DNA of 64,000 nt from an uncultured Frigidibacter sp. (GCA_964553145.1 CAZKJZ010000001.1:4578-68577); one strand, 5' to 3'. Numbered from the stretch's first letter, positions 1 to 10,521 are shown. Notes: generated by a model from the letters alone, not told the origin. Numbers and translations: made by a program.

Positions 1-175
1 GGTCCTTTTCGAGGTCATGGCCTCATGATGATGTTCGGGTCGGGTGCCTCAACGTATGCAACGACGGTCCAAAAAAGGCGTCAGCCGAAACAACGAGGTC
101 ACCGCAACCACCGTCCCGGCGGGACATCACAGGTCTGGCTTCAGCCCTGCAATCTCGGGGTTAGGTCTGTGCCGA
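1..175 (-). ncRNA. Putative bridge/seek RNA of IS110 copy 1 (partial)
   Basis: 3' non-coding region with a GTCCC-N3-GGGAC hairpin (113-125). Segment 53-61 matches flank 1287-1295 at 8/9. Collinear with the copy 2 non-coding region. Confidence 0.7.
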
Positions 176-1204
176 TCAGGTGGTCATTTCTTTCCCCCAT
201 TCGAACACCGTGCCATCGACCCAGATGCAATGCAGGATGACCGCCAGTTTTCGCGCCACAGCGACCTGCGCCTTCTTCATGCCGTTGCGCTTGGCCAGCC
301 GGAGCCCCCAGGCCTTCAGCGCACACCACCGTTTTGTCCGGTGCAGCAGAACGCTGGCAGCCTCGTAGAGGTAGGTGCGCAGCAACCGATCCCCCCATCG
401 TGAGACGTGACCCGTTGTATCCGTTTCGCCCGATTGCTTTCGTCGCGGGTTGAGGCCCAGATAGGCGCCAACCGTGGCGGCGCTGCGGAAACGGGAAGGA
501 TCGTCGATGGTGTGCCGGAAGGTGAGTGCCGTTACCACGCCGATGCCCGGCACCGTCATCATGCGGCGGGTCGTCTCATCCTCTCTGGCCAGATGGCGGA
601 TTTGCCGATCAAGTCCGTCCAGTTCACGGCAGACATGAGCATGGACGGAAAGCAGGGGCTGCAGCACCGGCCACAACACATGCCCGTCGCCGGTCAGCTC
701 AGTGACTCGGCGCTGGAACTGTCCGGCGATCGAGCGCGGGAAGATCAGGCCGCATTCCTTCAGCATGGAGCGCACCTGGTTCTCCAGATCGCGACGCATG
801 GACACCAGGCGCGACCGGGCCACCAATACTGACCGAACCTGCTGGCTGGTCTCGCTCTTGACCGCCACCTCCCGATACCAGCCGATCCGAACCAGCTCGG
901 CCAGACCACGCGCATCGTTTTCATCGCTCTTGTTCATCCGCACCGACAGCGCGGCATGGGCGTGACGGGCGTCGATGCAGACGACCGGAAGGCCGACACG
1001 CTTGAGTTCATGCCAGAGCCAGCTCGACATCGCGCCAGTTTCAAAGCCGATCCGTTCTGCGAACGGGGCCCTCTTCGCCAGCAGTGCCGCCAAAGCCCCG
1101 GGATCCGATTTGCCGCGGGCTTCAAAGACCGGTTTGCCGGTCTCGTCCACGACACAGATTGCTGTCTCCTTCTGCGAGACGTCCAACCCGACATACTGTT
1201 TCAT
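176..1204 (-). CDS. IS110 family DEDD transposase/recombinase
   Basis: [49 protein letters not shown] motifs. Start placed at MKQY. Confidence 0.95.
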   Translation of the reverse strand: MKQYVGLDVSQKETAICVVDETGKPVFEARGKSDPGALAALLAKRAPFAERIGFETGAMSSWLWHELKRVGLPVVCIDARHAHAALSVRMNKSDENDARGLAELVRIGWYREVAVKSETSQQVRSVLVARSRLVSMRRDLENQVRSMLKECGLIFPRSIAGQFQRRVTELTGDGHVLWPVLQPLLSVHAHVCRELDGLDRQIRHLAREDETTRRMMTVPGIGVVTALTFRHTIDDPSRFRSAATVGAYLGLNPRRKQSGETDTTGHVSRWGDRLLRTYLYEAASVLLHRTKRWCALKAWGLRLAKRNGMKKAQVAVARKLAVILHCIWVDGTVFEWGKEMTT

Positions 1205-1299
1205 GGTGGCATCCTCCCTATGGATCAACAGCACCCATCCTGCCCACCTCAGCCATTCAGGGAAATGGTCGAAGCAATTACGTCATCGTGTGCAATTTT

Positions 1300-2987
1300 G
1301 GCTCTGACTCACATTCGGTGCAACTTGTGGGGTGTGGCACTACTTCTGGCGCATGATGTAGCTGGAGGATCGGAGTATGCGCCAAGTTGGAAGCTGCGAG
1401 TGCCTGTTGCCACCCGGCCTGAATGTCGATGAGATCAGGATCGGAGCCGAGGGGGTCTTTGTTTCAGCTCGCATGCCGGGTGGGGTGGCTCGATGTCCGT
1501 CCTGCGGCTCGATGTCGGGACGCATTCACAGCCGCTATCGACGTGCGCTCTCCGATTTGCCAGCGCATGGTCGGCGCGTTCGCGTCGAGCTTTTGGTCCG
1601 GCGGTTTCGTTGTCCGGTTCGCAGCTGTCGGGTGAAGATATTCGCGGAACGACCGGGCGACGGGATCACGCAGCGCTACGGGCGGCGCACGACGCGGCTG
1701 CAGGGTCTTGTCCGTTGTCTTGGCCTCGCCCTTGGAGGGCGGCCGGCGCAAGCGCTGGCGAACCGACTTCTTCTGCCGTTGAGCAAGGATACCTTGCTGC
1801 GCAGCATCCGGAGCGGCATCCCGACACCGGAGGCCGCGCCACCCCCGCGCATCATCGGAATAGACGACTGGGCCTGGAAGAATGGTCATCGCTACGGAAC
1901 CATCATCTGCGACCTTGAGCGACGGTAGGTCATCGACCTTCTGCCAGACCGTGAGGCGGCGACGGTCGAAGCTTGGCTCAACGAGCGTCCCGGCATCCAG
2001 ATCGTGTCGCGGGACCGTGGCGGCGGTTACGGCCAGGCCGTCGCCAGGGCGTTGCCGCATGCGGTGCAGGTGGCCGACTGCTGGCATCTTCTCGAGAATG
2101 CAAGCCGGGCTTTCGCCGATGCGGTCTGCAATTCGATGCGAGACATCCGACGCGTCCTTGGCGCAGGGAAGATCACGCCGCAGCTGCTGTCGGCCGCTGA
2201 GCGCATTCAGTATCAGGGGTTCCTGCGCCGGAAGGAGACGAATGCCGCGGTCCAGTCGCTTGCCAAGGACGGGGTGGCCATCAAGGAGATCGTCCGGCGC
2301 ACTGGCTGCAGCCGGCAGGTCGTTAGACGCATTTTGCGGGGCGAACGCGAGGACATCTTCCGCGGCCGCCAGAGTTCTCTGGAGCCTTGGCTGCCCCGGC
2401 TCGACGTCGAATGGGCCGGAGGCTGCCGCAACGGCGCCGAACTCTGGCGCCGTCTGAAGACTGCCGGGTTCCGCGGCAGTCTGCGGGTCGTCACGGAATG
2501 GGCAACCCGACGGCGCCGGGCGGAGCCTTCATCCTTCGGTGCTCCGCGCCCATGCCCCTCCACCCGGGCGATCGCCCAGATGATGGTGCTGTGCCGGCAA
2601 GACCTGACGCGAGAGGAGACGATCACGGTCGCAGCAATCGAGGCCAGCATCCCGCGCCTTGGGGAAGCCGCAGTGTTGGTCGACCGTTTCCAGAGGATGG
2701 TCCGGAACCGCAGCGCCGAGCACCTTCAGCCCTGGTTGCTGGAAGCAAACGCAAGCTTGCTGGCCTCGTTTGCCAAGGGATTGTCAGCAGACAAGCACGC
2801 CGTCCTGGCCGTCCTGGCCGCCCTGACCGAGCCCTGGTCGAACGGGCAGACGGAGGGTCAGATCAATCGCCTCAAGCTCCTCAAGCGCCAGATGTATGGC
2901 CGCGCCCATCTCGACCTTCTCAGGGCGCGCGTCATCGGCATGGCAGATGCGCCGGGAAAAGAGCTGCACCGAATGTGAGTCAGAGCC
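1300..2987 (+). mobile_element. ISL3 family element
   Basis: Perfect 23-bp terminal IRs GGCTCTGACTCACATTCGGTGCA (1300-1322 and 2965-2987). No 8-bp target duplication seen. Confidence 0.9.
1377..2978 (+). pseudogene. ISL3 transposase with in-frame TAG at 1926-1928
   Basis: CPSCG zinc finger, [45 protein letters not shown]. ORFs 1377 and 2004 share a frame. Confidence 0.9.
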
Positions 2988-3008
2988 AGTTTTGCACGCC
3001 GATTGACA
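2988..3008. repeat. IS21-family-like terminal repeat remnant
   Basis: Reverse complement TGTCAATCGGCGTGCAAAACT resembles IS21-family ends and lies exactly at the BKACE truncation point. Confidence 0.55.
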
Positions 3009-3895
3009 TCCACACGCCGTCGATGTCACCGTATCTGCCGATCACCCCGGCCCAAATCGCGCAATCGGCCATTGAGGCGGTGGAAGCAGGTGCCGCGATC
3101 CTGCACCAGCTCGCCCGCGATCCTGTCACCGGGCGGCCCGCATCGGACCCCAGGCTTTACGCCCAATTCCTTCCGGCAATCCATGCAGCCACCGATGCGG
3201 TGATGAACCTGACCACCGGCGGCGGGCTGACCATGACGGTCGAGGAACGGCTGGAAGGCCCGCTGCGCTTCAAGCCCGAGATGTGCTCGGTAAACATGGG
3301 CTCGATGAATTTCGCGATCTTCCCACTGGCGGATCGGCCAACCGACTGGCAACACGATTGGGAGCAGCCCTATCTGCCCGGCACCAAAGATTTCATTTTC
3401 CGCAACACCTTTAGCAACATAGAGCGGATCACCAACCTTTTGGGCAAGGAGCATGGCACGCGGTTCGAGCATGAATGCTATGACGTGGGCCAGCTTTACA
3501 ACCCCGCCCATTTCGTCGACCGCAAGGTCATCGAGCCGCCGTTCCTAATCCAGACCATTTTCGGAATCCTGGGCGGCATTTCTGCTGATTGGGAGAACCT
3601 CGCCTTCATCAAGGCGACCGTCGACCGGCTGTTCGGCGACGCTGTGGAGTGGTCGGTTCTGGCGGCCGGGCGGTCGCAGATGCCTTTCGCCACACAGGCC
3701 GCGATGCGCGGCGGCCATGTGCGGGTCGGGCTGGAGGACAGCTTGTATATCGAACGGGGCAAGCTTTCGACCTCGAATGCCGAACAGGTCCGCAAGATCC
3801 GCAACGTCGTCGAAGACCTTGGCCTGCAAATCGCCACGCCGTCCGAGGCCCGCACGATGCTTGCCTTAAAGGGGCACGATCTGGTGCAGTTGTAG
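3008..3895 (+). pseudogene. 5'-truncated BKACE (DUF849 / 3-keto-5-aminohexanoate cleavage family)
   Basis: Begins at IHTPSMSP and lacks the N-terminal ~14 aa of paralog 42759-43688. Zn-ligand motif HLH is changed to HQL. Confidence 0.85.
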
Positions 3896-3956
3896 TTGAT
3901 ATCCATGCACAAAATTCTAAGGGCGAAGAGATGCCAACCTGATCAACCTTTGGCCG

Positions 3957-4883
3957 TTAGCCGTTCAGCGTCCTTGGGCCGCAGCGACGTAAGATTTCCG
4001 CCACCAAGCGCGCTTCTTCGGTGTTCAGTGGCTGCTGCGGGCGCGCGACGGCATTGGTCGAAATGACGCCCATCTCGCGCAACGCGGTCTTGAAACTGCC
4101 GACCGCAGCAGCAATCGGGCTGACGCGCCCCGATGCCACAAAAGTCATTTCGGACAGGGCACACAGGCGTTCCTGCTCCAATCTGCAAGCCAGGCCATCG
4201 CCACGCTGTGCGGCATCCCACAAACGGACATAGCCTGCCGGATCAACATTGGCCAAACCCGGCACTGCGCCATGGGCTCCCATGGCAAGGGCCGCATCGA
4301 CCGTCACTTCCGATCCGGTCAGGGCGAAAAATTCGGGATGATCCGCCATATCCAGTAGCACATAACGGAAATTCCGTTCATCACCGCTGGAATCCTTCAG
4401 GCCCGCGATGGTCCCCTGGCGAGCCAGGGTGACGACCAACTGACGCTCAAGCTTCACGTTGACGCAGAACGGGATGTCATAGGCGACGATGGCCAAGTCG
4501 ACCGCATCCCGGACATCGCGAAAATGGTCGATGATTTCGCTCTGCTGCGTCTTTGTGTAAAATGGCGCCGTCACGACAACCGCATCCGCGCGCAAGCTGG
4601 CCGCGTGCTTTGCATGGGCAATCACCAGATCGGTGGTCGCATCAATCGCCCCCACAAACAGTGGCAGTCGTCCATTGTTTTGCCGGGCGACCGTTTCAAC
4701 GATCCGGCACCGGGTTTCGGGATTGTGAAACATCACCTCGCCGCTGGTCCCCAGCACGAACAGCCCGTGAACACCCGCGCTAATCAAATGCTCGACCAGG
4801 GCAGCCAATGAGAGATAATCCACATCAAGCGTTTCGGTCAGCGGTGTGATCAGTGGAGGGATAATGCCGGAAAATCGAGGCAC
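3957..4883 (-). CDS. DapA/NAL-family aldolase-lyase (catabolic type)
   Basis: GIIPPLITP, GTSGE, YDIP, Schiff-base KDSSGD. GTG start with GGAG RBS. Confidence 0.9.
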   Translation of the reverse strand: MPRFSGIIPPLITPLTETLDVDYLSLAALVEHLISAGVHGLFVLGTSGEVMFHNPETRCRIVETVARQNNGRLPLFVGAIDATTDLVIAHAKHAASLRADAVVVTAPFYTKTQQSEIIDHFRDVRDAVDLAIVAYDIPFCVNVKLERQLVVTLARQGTIAGLKDSSGDERNFRYVLLDMADHPEFFALTGSEVTVDAALAMGAHGAVPGLANVDPAGYVRLWDAAQRGDGLACRLEQERLCALSEMTFVASGRVSPIAAAVGSFKTALREMGVISTNAVARPQQPLNTEEARLVAEILRRCGPRTLNG

Positions 4884-4906
4884 AAGGGGCTCCTGCGAAA
4901 GGGGTG

Positions 4907-5962
4907 TCAGTGCCCCCAAGTCTGTTCCAAAACGGCCAACCAATTGTCGCAACTGATCTTGCGCACCAGCGCCTCGCCATAGCCGTGGTCCAGCATCGCC
5001 TGCTGCAAGCGCGGCACCCCAGTTACGTCACCGATCCCCTGCGGGACGGGCACGCCGTCGAAATCCGATCCCAAGCCGACATGATCCTCGCCCAGCTTTT
5101 CCAGCAGATGGTCCAGATGCGCCAGAACATCCTCCCAACCCATGTCCGTCGACATCTTGCCGTCGCGGCGCAGAAAGAAGGTGCCGAAGTTCAGCCCGAC
5201 CATACCCCGGCTTTCGGCGATCACCGCCAATTGCCGATCGGTCAGGTTGCGCGAGGAGGGGCAGATAGCATGGGCATTGGAATGGGTGGCAACCAATGGC
5301 GCATCGCTGAGCCGGGCGATGTCGTCAAAACCCTTTTCGTTCAAGTGGCTTAGGTCAAGCATGACCCTCAACTCATTACAGGCCCGCACCAGCCGTTTTC
5401 CGGCATCGGTCAGACCATCGCCTAAATCCGGACCATGCGGAAAGGCGAAAGGCACACCGTGGCCAAAGACCGTGGGGCGCGACCAGACCGGACCAAGTGA
5501 CCGCAGGCCGATCGCGTGGAACGTATAAAGCGCGTCAAGGTCGGGACCAATTGCTTCCGCACCTTCCATGTGCATGATCCCGGCGATGACACCCTGCGCC
5601 ATACAATCGCGGATTTCGGCCACGCTGCGGGCAATCTTGAACCCGCCACTCGACGCGCGCTCCATCCACATCAGATGCCCGGCCTGCGACAGGGCGGTGG
5701 CCTGCGATTGTTCGGCAGTGATCAGGTCCGGCAAGGGTCGGATGAAACTCGGTTCATCCTTCGGCTGCGTATTGGTCCCGTCGTCTTTCTCTGGCGACGG
5801 TACATAAATGGCGAAAAGGCCGCCGACAAAGCCGCCCCGTTTCATGCGTGGCAGGTCCAGATGGCCAATGCCCTCGCCCGTCAACCAGATCGCCTCACGG
5901 TTTTCCGGGGCAAGGTGCAGGCGCAGCAGAAGGTCATTGTGACCGTCGAATACCGGATACAT
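4907..5962 (-). CDS. Peptidase M19 membrane-dipeptidase family
   Basis: FDGHND, MEGAE, DLSH, ATHSN, RNLTD, GSDFDG. Confidence 0.95.
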   Translation of the reverse strand: MYPVFDGHNDLLLRLHLAPENREAIWLTGEGIGHLDLPRMKRGGFVGGLFAIYVPSPEKDDGTNTQPKDEPSFIRPLPDLITAEQSQATALSQAGHLMWMERASSGGFKIARSVAEIRDCMAQGVIAGIMHMEGAEAIGPDLDALYTFHAIGLRSLGPVWSRPTVFGHGVPFAFPHGPDLGDGLTDAGKRLVRACNELRVMLDLSHLNEKGFDDIARLSDAPLVATHSNAHAICPSSRNLTDRQLAVIAESRGMVGLNFGTFFLRRDGKMSTDMGWEDVLAHLDHLLEKLGEDHVGLGSDFDGVPVPQGIGDVTGVPRLQQAMLDHGYGEALVRKISCDNWLAVLEQTWGH

Positions 5963-5974
5963 GGGATGTCTCCT

Positions 5975-6490
5975 TCAAACGCTTGTTTTCGTTGGTTCAT
6001 TGGTGATGGGCGTCCCGTCATGCTGCCAGGGCCTGACCGCAAAGATCGCTGTGACCTCAACCGTCATGCCACCCGGCAAAGATCCCATTCCAACGGCCGC
6101 GCGGGCGTGGCGGCCATTTTCACCAAAGACCGCCACCATCAGATCGGAAAACCCGTTCATCACCTTGGGATGCTGCGTGAAATCGGGAATCGCGTTGACC
6201 ATGCCATGAACGGACAGCACACGGTCCACCCGATCCAGCGAGCCAAGAATGCGCCGGACCGAGGCCAGCAGCGCCAACCCCGTCAACCTGGCCTGGTCAT
6301 AGGCCTGTTCGACAGTTACATCCCGCCCGACAAGGCCCGTCCCCGCTGGGCCAGCCAATCCCAACGGGCCCTCGCCCGACATGTAAAGCAGACCGTTGTG
6401 CAGCACACCGGAAACGAAGTTTCCGATGGGGGTTTCTGGCATTTCCGGCAAGGTGATGCCCAGTTCGACCAACCTGGCTTCGGCGCTCAT
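5975..6490 (-). CDS. RidA/YjgF family protein
   Basis: LYMSGEGP, GMVNA.PDF..HPKVMNGFSDL, GRHARAAVG. Confidence 0.9.
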   Translation of the reverse strand: MSAEARLVELGITLPEMPETPIGNFVSGVLHNGLLYMSGEGPLGLAGPAGTGLVGRDVTVEQAYDQARLTGLALLASVRRILGSLDRVDRVLSVHGMVNAIPDFTQHPKVMNGFSDLMVAVFGENGRHARAAVGMGSLPGGMTVEVTAIFAVRPWQHDGTPITNEPTKTSV

Positions 6491-6519
6491 TCGCTTTCCT
6501 TTCTGTCTTGCCTGCGGCG

Positions 6520-7422
6520 TCACAGGGACAAAAGCCCCTCAGTCACTCTGACTGCCGCTCCGGCGACCCGCACGGAAATCAGCTTGCCGACAGCGACATC
6601 CACCTCCAGCTCCAGGCTCGACGGGCGGCCCATTTCGTAGCCTTGTTCCAGCCTGAAAGCGTGGGTTCCGGCGGCAAGGGCATGCGTGGCAAGGAGTTGC
6701 GACGCGAAAAGCGCGGCGGCCGATCCGGTGGCCGGGTCTTCGGCTCCGTCCGCAATGAGCATCCGCGTGCGGTAATCGGTTTCTGGTCTGTCGCCCCCCT
6801 TGGTGTAAAGATATCCGCCGCTCGCCCCAAGACTTTGCAAAATGCCTGACCATTCCGGCCCGCGTGACCACGCCTTGGCCAAGGCTTTGGGTGTGGCGAT
6901 GGGAACGTAAAGGTATCGCGGCCCGCCTTCATGCAGGCCAAGGCCCTGATCCGCAGGCCCAATATCGGTCGGGTCCAGTGTCAGGGCCCACGCCAGATCG
7001 TCCAGCGCGGGCATGGGCGACGCCACCGGATAGGGAACCACAGGCGCAGTCAGTTGCGCCCAACTCGCACTGCCCAAACTGCACACCCTTACCGGCACCA
7101 GGCCCGCCAGTTCTTCCAGCCGGATGTCAGTCTCGAACGGCTGGCCCCTGCCCATCAGATTTTCGGCCAAAAGCACTGCGCAGCCGATGGTCGGATGCCC
7201 GGCAAAGGGAATTTCCCCACCGGGGAAAAAGATTCGCACGCGGGCCGTATTGGCCGGGTCCTTCGGTGCCATGACAAAGATCGTCTCGGAGAGATTGAAC
7301 TCGCGCGCGATGTTCTGCATCTGCGAGGTGGACAGCCCATCGGCCCCCAGCACAACGGCCAAGGGATTGCCCCCGAACCTCTGCTGGGTAAAGACGTCAA
7401 GCGTGTGGAATTTCAACTGCAC
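6520..7422 (-). CDS. PhzF family isomerase/epimerase
   Basis: DVFT..F.GNPLAV, NLSET, EIPFAGHPT, EDPATGSA, EQG.EMGRPS. Start uncertain (7422 or 7446). Confidence 0.9.
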   Translation of the reverse strand: MQLKFHTLDVFTQQRFGGNPLAVVLGADGLSTSQMQNIAREFNLSETIFVMAPKDPANTARVRIFFPGGEIPFAGHPTIGCAVLLAENLMGRGQPFETDIRLEELAGLVPVRVCSLGSASWAQLTAPVVPYPVASPMPALDDLAWALTLDPTDIGPADQGLGLHEGGPRYLYVPIATPKALAKAWSRGPEWSGILQSLGASGGYLYTKGGDRPETDYRTRMLIADGAEDPATGSAAALFASQLLATHALAAGTHAFRLEQGYEMGRPSSLELEVDVAVGKLISVRVAGAAVRVTEGLLSL

Positions 7423-7751
7423 GTCGTTTGGTCCATCATCGCGCAAGGGAAAGAGGCCCTTTCGCGCCCTGCGCTAAGCCGAGGGCACCATCCGGGCAAG
7501 AGCCAGTTGCGAGCATATTGGGAACCAGATTCCCAGCCACGGTACCCGTGCAAGGCAGCCCCGTCGTGATACTTGTTCGCCAAGACATTGACATTAAAAG
7601 ATTTTATAGGAAACGCCGAAGTGCGCGACGGAACCTTTTGGTGCTGGCCGAAAATCCGCACACCTTGGCCGAGATTGCGCTGCGCCAAACGACCGCTAGA
7701 TGTCGCGTGGATGCGCAGAGCCCCCGACAAGCGGCACAGATGGAGAAGCCC

Positions 7752-8882
7752 ATGACCGTAATACCCCTACCCGTTCCAGCATCCGACTTCATCGGCCTCG
7801 GCAACACAATCCACCTTGCCGCCGCCGGGGAAGCACCCGTTCTTGCAACCCAGCCTGCCGTCTTCGCTCAATATGCCAAGGATAAAGCCTGTGGCCTGGC
7901 GGGGATCCGGCGCATCTATGGCCGTCTTGAGGATGCCAGAGGCCAAGCGGCCCAACTTTTGAACGTGACGCCACAAGAAATCGGATTCGCCCTGAACGTG
8001 GCCCAGGCGATGAGTTCGATCGCCCGCACCATGGATGCCGATGGGGGCAACGTTGTCCTGACACAATGGGAATTTTCGTCGACCCTTAATCCCTGGATCA
8101 CCGGCACCAAACTTCAGGTCCGGCTGCTGAAAACGCCCAACCACCTTCTGGACATGGACCGGCTTGCGCAGCTTGTCGATCGGGGCACGCGCGCGATCAT
8201 TGTCAGCCTGGTTTCGTACTACACAGGTGAGCGCGCCGACCTGGCGGCGCTGCGGCACTTGGCGGATCAAGTTGGTGCTGCGCTGATCATCGACGCATCG
8301 CATGCCTTGGGTGCCGCCCGGTTCGATTCGACGCTTGCCGATTTCGTCCTGTCCTGCGGGTACAAATGGATGCTTGGTGTCCATGGCGCGGCAACGGTCT
8401 ATTGCAATGCGAACCGCCAGCCCAATTGGCTGCCGTTTGAATCTGGCTGGCGGTCAACAAGGGAAGTGAATGCTGACATCCGCGACTTGACCGTTGTGCA
8501 GGAAATCGACGGTCGACGCTTTGAACTGGGCAATCCCGCCGTTCTGAGTGTCTTGCTGACCGGCGAAGGGGCCAGGTATTTGAACGCGCTGGGGATGGAA
8601 CGGGTGGATTCCTATCTGACCTCTTTTACAGGCCGCATGATCCAGCGTCTTGGTGACCTGGAGCTCGACATACTGACGCCGCGCGAGGAGGGCCGACGCG
8701 CCGGGATCGTTTCGTTTCGCGTCCAGGACGCAACGGCATGGTCGGAAAGGCTGGAGGCGGAAGGCGTTCTGGCCTGGATTACCGAAGGCCGGGTCCGGCT
8801 TTCGCCCCACATCTTCACCTCACCAAGCCAAGTCGAAACTGCGCTTGATGTGATTTCAACGATTGTCGCGACAAAAGGGTGA
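7752..8882 (+). CDS. Class V PLP enzyme (cysteine desulfurase / C-S lyase / kynureninase-like)
   Basis: IDASHALG, SCGYKWMLG, RFELGNP, RLSPH. GGAG RBS at 7742. Confidence 0.85.
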   Translation: MTVIPLPVPASDFIGLGNTIHLAAAGEAPVLATQPAVFAQYAKDKACGLAGIRRIYGRLEDARGQAAQLLNVTPQEIGFALNVAQAMSSIARTMDADGGNVVLTQWEFSSTLNPWITGTKLQVRLLKTPNHLLDMDRLAQLVDRGTRAIIVSLVSYYTGERADLAALRHLADQVGAALIIDASHALGAARFDSTLADFVLSCGYKWMLGVHGAATVYCNANRQPNWLPFESGWRSTREVNADIRDLTVVQEIDGRRFELGNPAVLSVLLTGEGARYLNALGMERVDSYLTSFTGRMIQRLGDLELDILTPREEGRRAGIVSFRVQDATAWSERLEAEGVLAWITEGRVRLSPHIFTSPSQVETALDVISTIVATKG

Positions 8883-8902
8883 TGCTGCTCAGCCCGAAAC
8901 AT

Positions 8903-10387
8903 TCAAGGCCGTTGCCGGCTTTGGGCCACCGCCCTGATGGCCTTTTCAATCCCGGCTTCGGGAATTTGCGAGACGGACATTCTGATGCAGGCGATGTTTT
9001 CACCCTCAAAGAAGAACCGATCGCCCCGTTCAACCAGAATACCCTGCTCTCTGGGCTTGTCGCAGACGCGCCGGAGATCTTCGCCATTTGGAAACGTCAT
9101 CCAAAACGTCGATGAGCCGCGCGCATGGGCATAGGCAACATCGGGAAGCCATTTGGCTGCAGCTTGTCCAAAGGTGTCCGTTCTCTTTTGCAGCTCTTTG
9201 GACACACGGCTTAAGAATGAATGATAGTGACCCCGATCAATGAAAAGCGCCAAGGCGCGCTGGGTATTTCCAGGCGGATGACGGTGGATCAGCCGCCGAA
9301 CGGCCCGCAGTTCTTCAATCACTTTGGCATTGGCGACCACGAAACCAATCCGCAACCCCGGCGCGATCGACTTGGACAGGCTGCCAATGTGGATGACACG
9401 GTCGTCAAGATCGAGAGCTTTCATCGCGGGAATCGGGTTGGTCAAGGAAACCGTCTCGGTTTCATAGGTGTCTTCAACGATGATCATGTTTTGCGCCTGC
9501 GCCAGTTCCAAAACGGCGACACGCCGCGCCTCAGACATGACGGCGGTCGTCGGGCATTGGTGGCCAGGCGTCAAGAACGCAATATCGCAACGTTTCAGTT
9601 GGTCTGAAATTTCAGCGCCTTGATTGTCCAGAGGCAGGTAAATCCGCTGGGTCGGCATCAAGGCGACGATGTCGTTCATATCCGGCATTCCGGGACTTTC
9701 AATTCCCGTCACTGTGCCGAACCTGCACAGTAGCCGGGCGACCAGGTAACGACCTTCCTGTCCGCCCAGTGTCACCAAAATCTCGTCGGGGTTGGCCCAG
9801 ATGCCGTGACGCGGCAAAACATGCCGCCGAAGGCTTTCCACCAGCGACGGGTCATCGCGGTCATATACGTCACGCCCCCATTCCGCCATTTCAGTGACGG
9901 CAGAGGCCGCGCGCTCGCATTCGCGCCAGTGCCTGAGGGGGAAAAGACCGGCATCGAACTGACCGTATTTCAGATTGTGGGCTATGGCACCGGCGTCGTC
10001 CGAAACCTCCGAGGGCCTTTTGAACGACGGCGCAAGACGCGCGGGCCAATCCATTGCAGATACCGGATTGGGGAGACAGAGGCGCGCAGATGGAATACCT
10101 TGGCGCGGGCCAACAAAGACCCCCGATCGGTCCTTGGAAACAAGATAACCCTGTTCAAGCAATGCGCTAACCGCCGCAATCACCGTGTTGCGGCCCAGTC
10201 GTAGCTTTTCCGCCAATACCCGGCTGGACGGCAGACGCACCCCCTCAGGCATCCGATTGTCGTCAATGGCATCGACCAGAGACGCCACAAGCTGCGACGC
10301 CAAGTTGCCTTTCCCGGGCTGCGGCGGGTTGATCAGGTGTTCCCACACCCGGATTCCGTCGGTTCTGTTTTGCTGCAACTTGGGCAT
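8903..10387 (-). CDS. MocR/TauR-type GntR-PLP transcription regulator
   Basis: RLPSSR.LA..L.LGRNTV wHTH, followed by TPGHQCPT, IVED, GSLSK..APGLRIG. Confidence 0.93.
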   Translation of the reverse strand: MPKLQQNRTDGIRVWEHLINPPQPGKGNLASQLVASLVDAIDDNRMPEGVRLPSSRVLAEKLRLGRNTVIAAVSALLEQGYLVSKDRSGVFVGPRQGIPSARLCLPNPVSAMDWPARLAPSFKRPSEVSDDAGAIAHNLKYGQFDAGLFPLRHWRECERAASAVTEMAEWGRDVYDRDDPSLVESLRRHVLPRHGIWANPDEILVTLGGQEGRYLVARLLCRFGTVTGIESPGMPDMNDIVALMPTQRIYLPLDNQGAEISDQLKRCDIAFLTPGHQCPTTAVMSEARRVAVLELAQAQNMIIVEDTYETETVSLTNPIPAMKALDLDDRVIHIGSLSKSIAPGLRIGFVVANAKVIEELRAVRRLIHRHPPGNTQRALALFIDRGHYHSFLSRVSKELQKRTDTFGQAAAKWLPDVAYAHARGSSTFWMTFPNGEDLRRVCDKPREQGILVERGDRFFFEGENIACIRMSVSQIPEAGIEKAIRAVAQSRQRP

Positions 10388-10446
10388 GGCGCTTCCACCT
10401 CGCTCGGGGTCGCGCCCAGCAAATCCGCGCGAATGCCCCCAGTCAA

Positions 10447-10521
10447 CTGGTTCCTTTAGCCAGCCCCGGTGGTTCCAAAGACCGCCGCCATCTGGTTCCA
10501 CATATTGCTGGGCCTGGTTCT
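10447..10521. promoter_or_regulatory. Four phased (C)TGGTTC(C) direct repeats, probable MocR operator
   Basis: Copies at ~10447, 10469, 10492 and 10514 (22-23 bp period) between the divergent regulator and ABC operon. Confidence 0.65.

Larger units (their letters stand above)
1..1288 (-). mobile_element. IS110-family (IS1111-type) element, far end beyond the window start
   Basis: Contains the transposase. On the minus strand its 5' end reads CG|ATGAC-GTAATTGCTTC, mirroring AG|ATGCC-GTAACGGGGCC of the second IS110. Confidence 0.85.

Noticed and set aside
2387-3895. 502-aa ORF as a novel fusion protein
   Set aside because: Its N-terminal part is an off-frame read of the ISL3 transposase running into the truncated BKACE.
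3957-4883. Calling this gene dapA (lysine biosynthesis)
   Set aside because: It has GTSGE rather than GTTGE, lacks the YNVPxRT motif, and sits in a catabolic context.
6520-7446. Phenazine biosynthesis implied by PhzF
   Set aside because: No phzA/B, D, E or G nearby; PhzF-family proteins are widespread isomerases.
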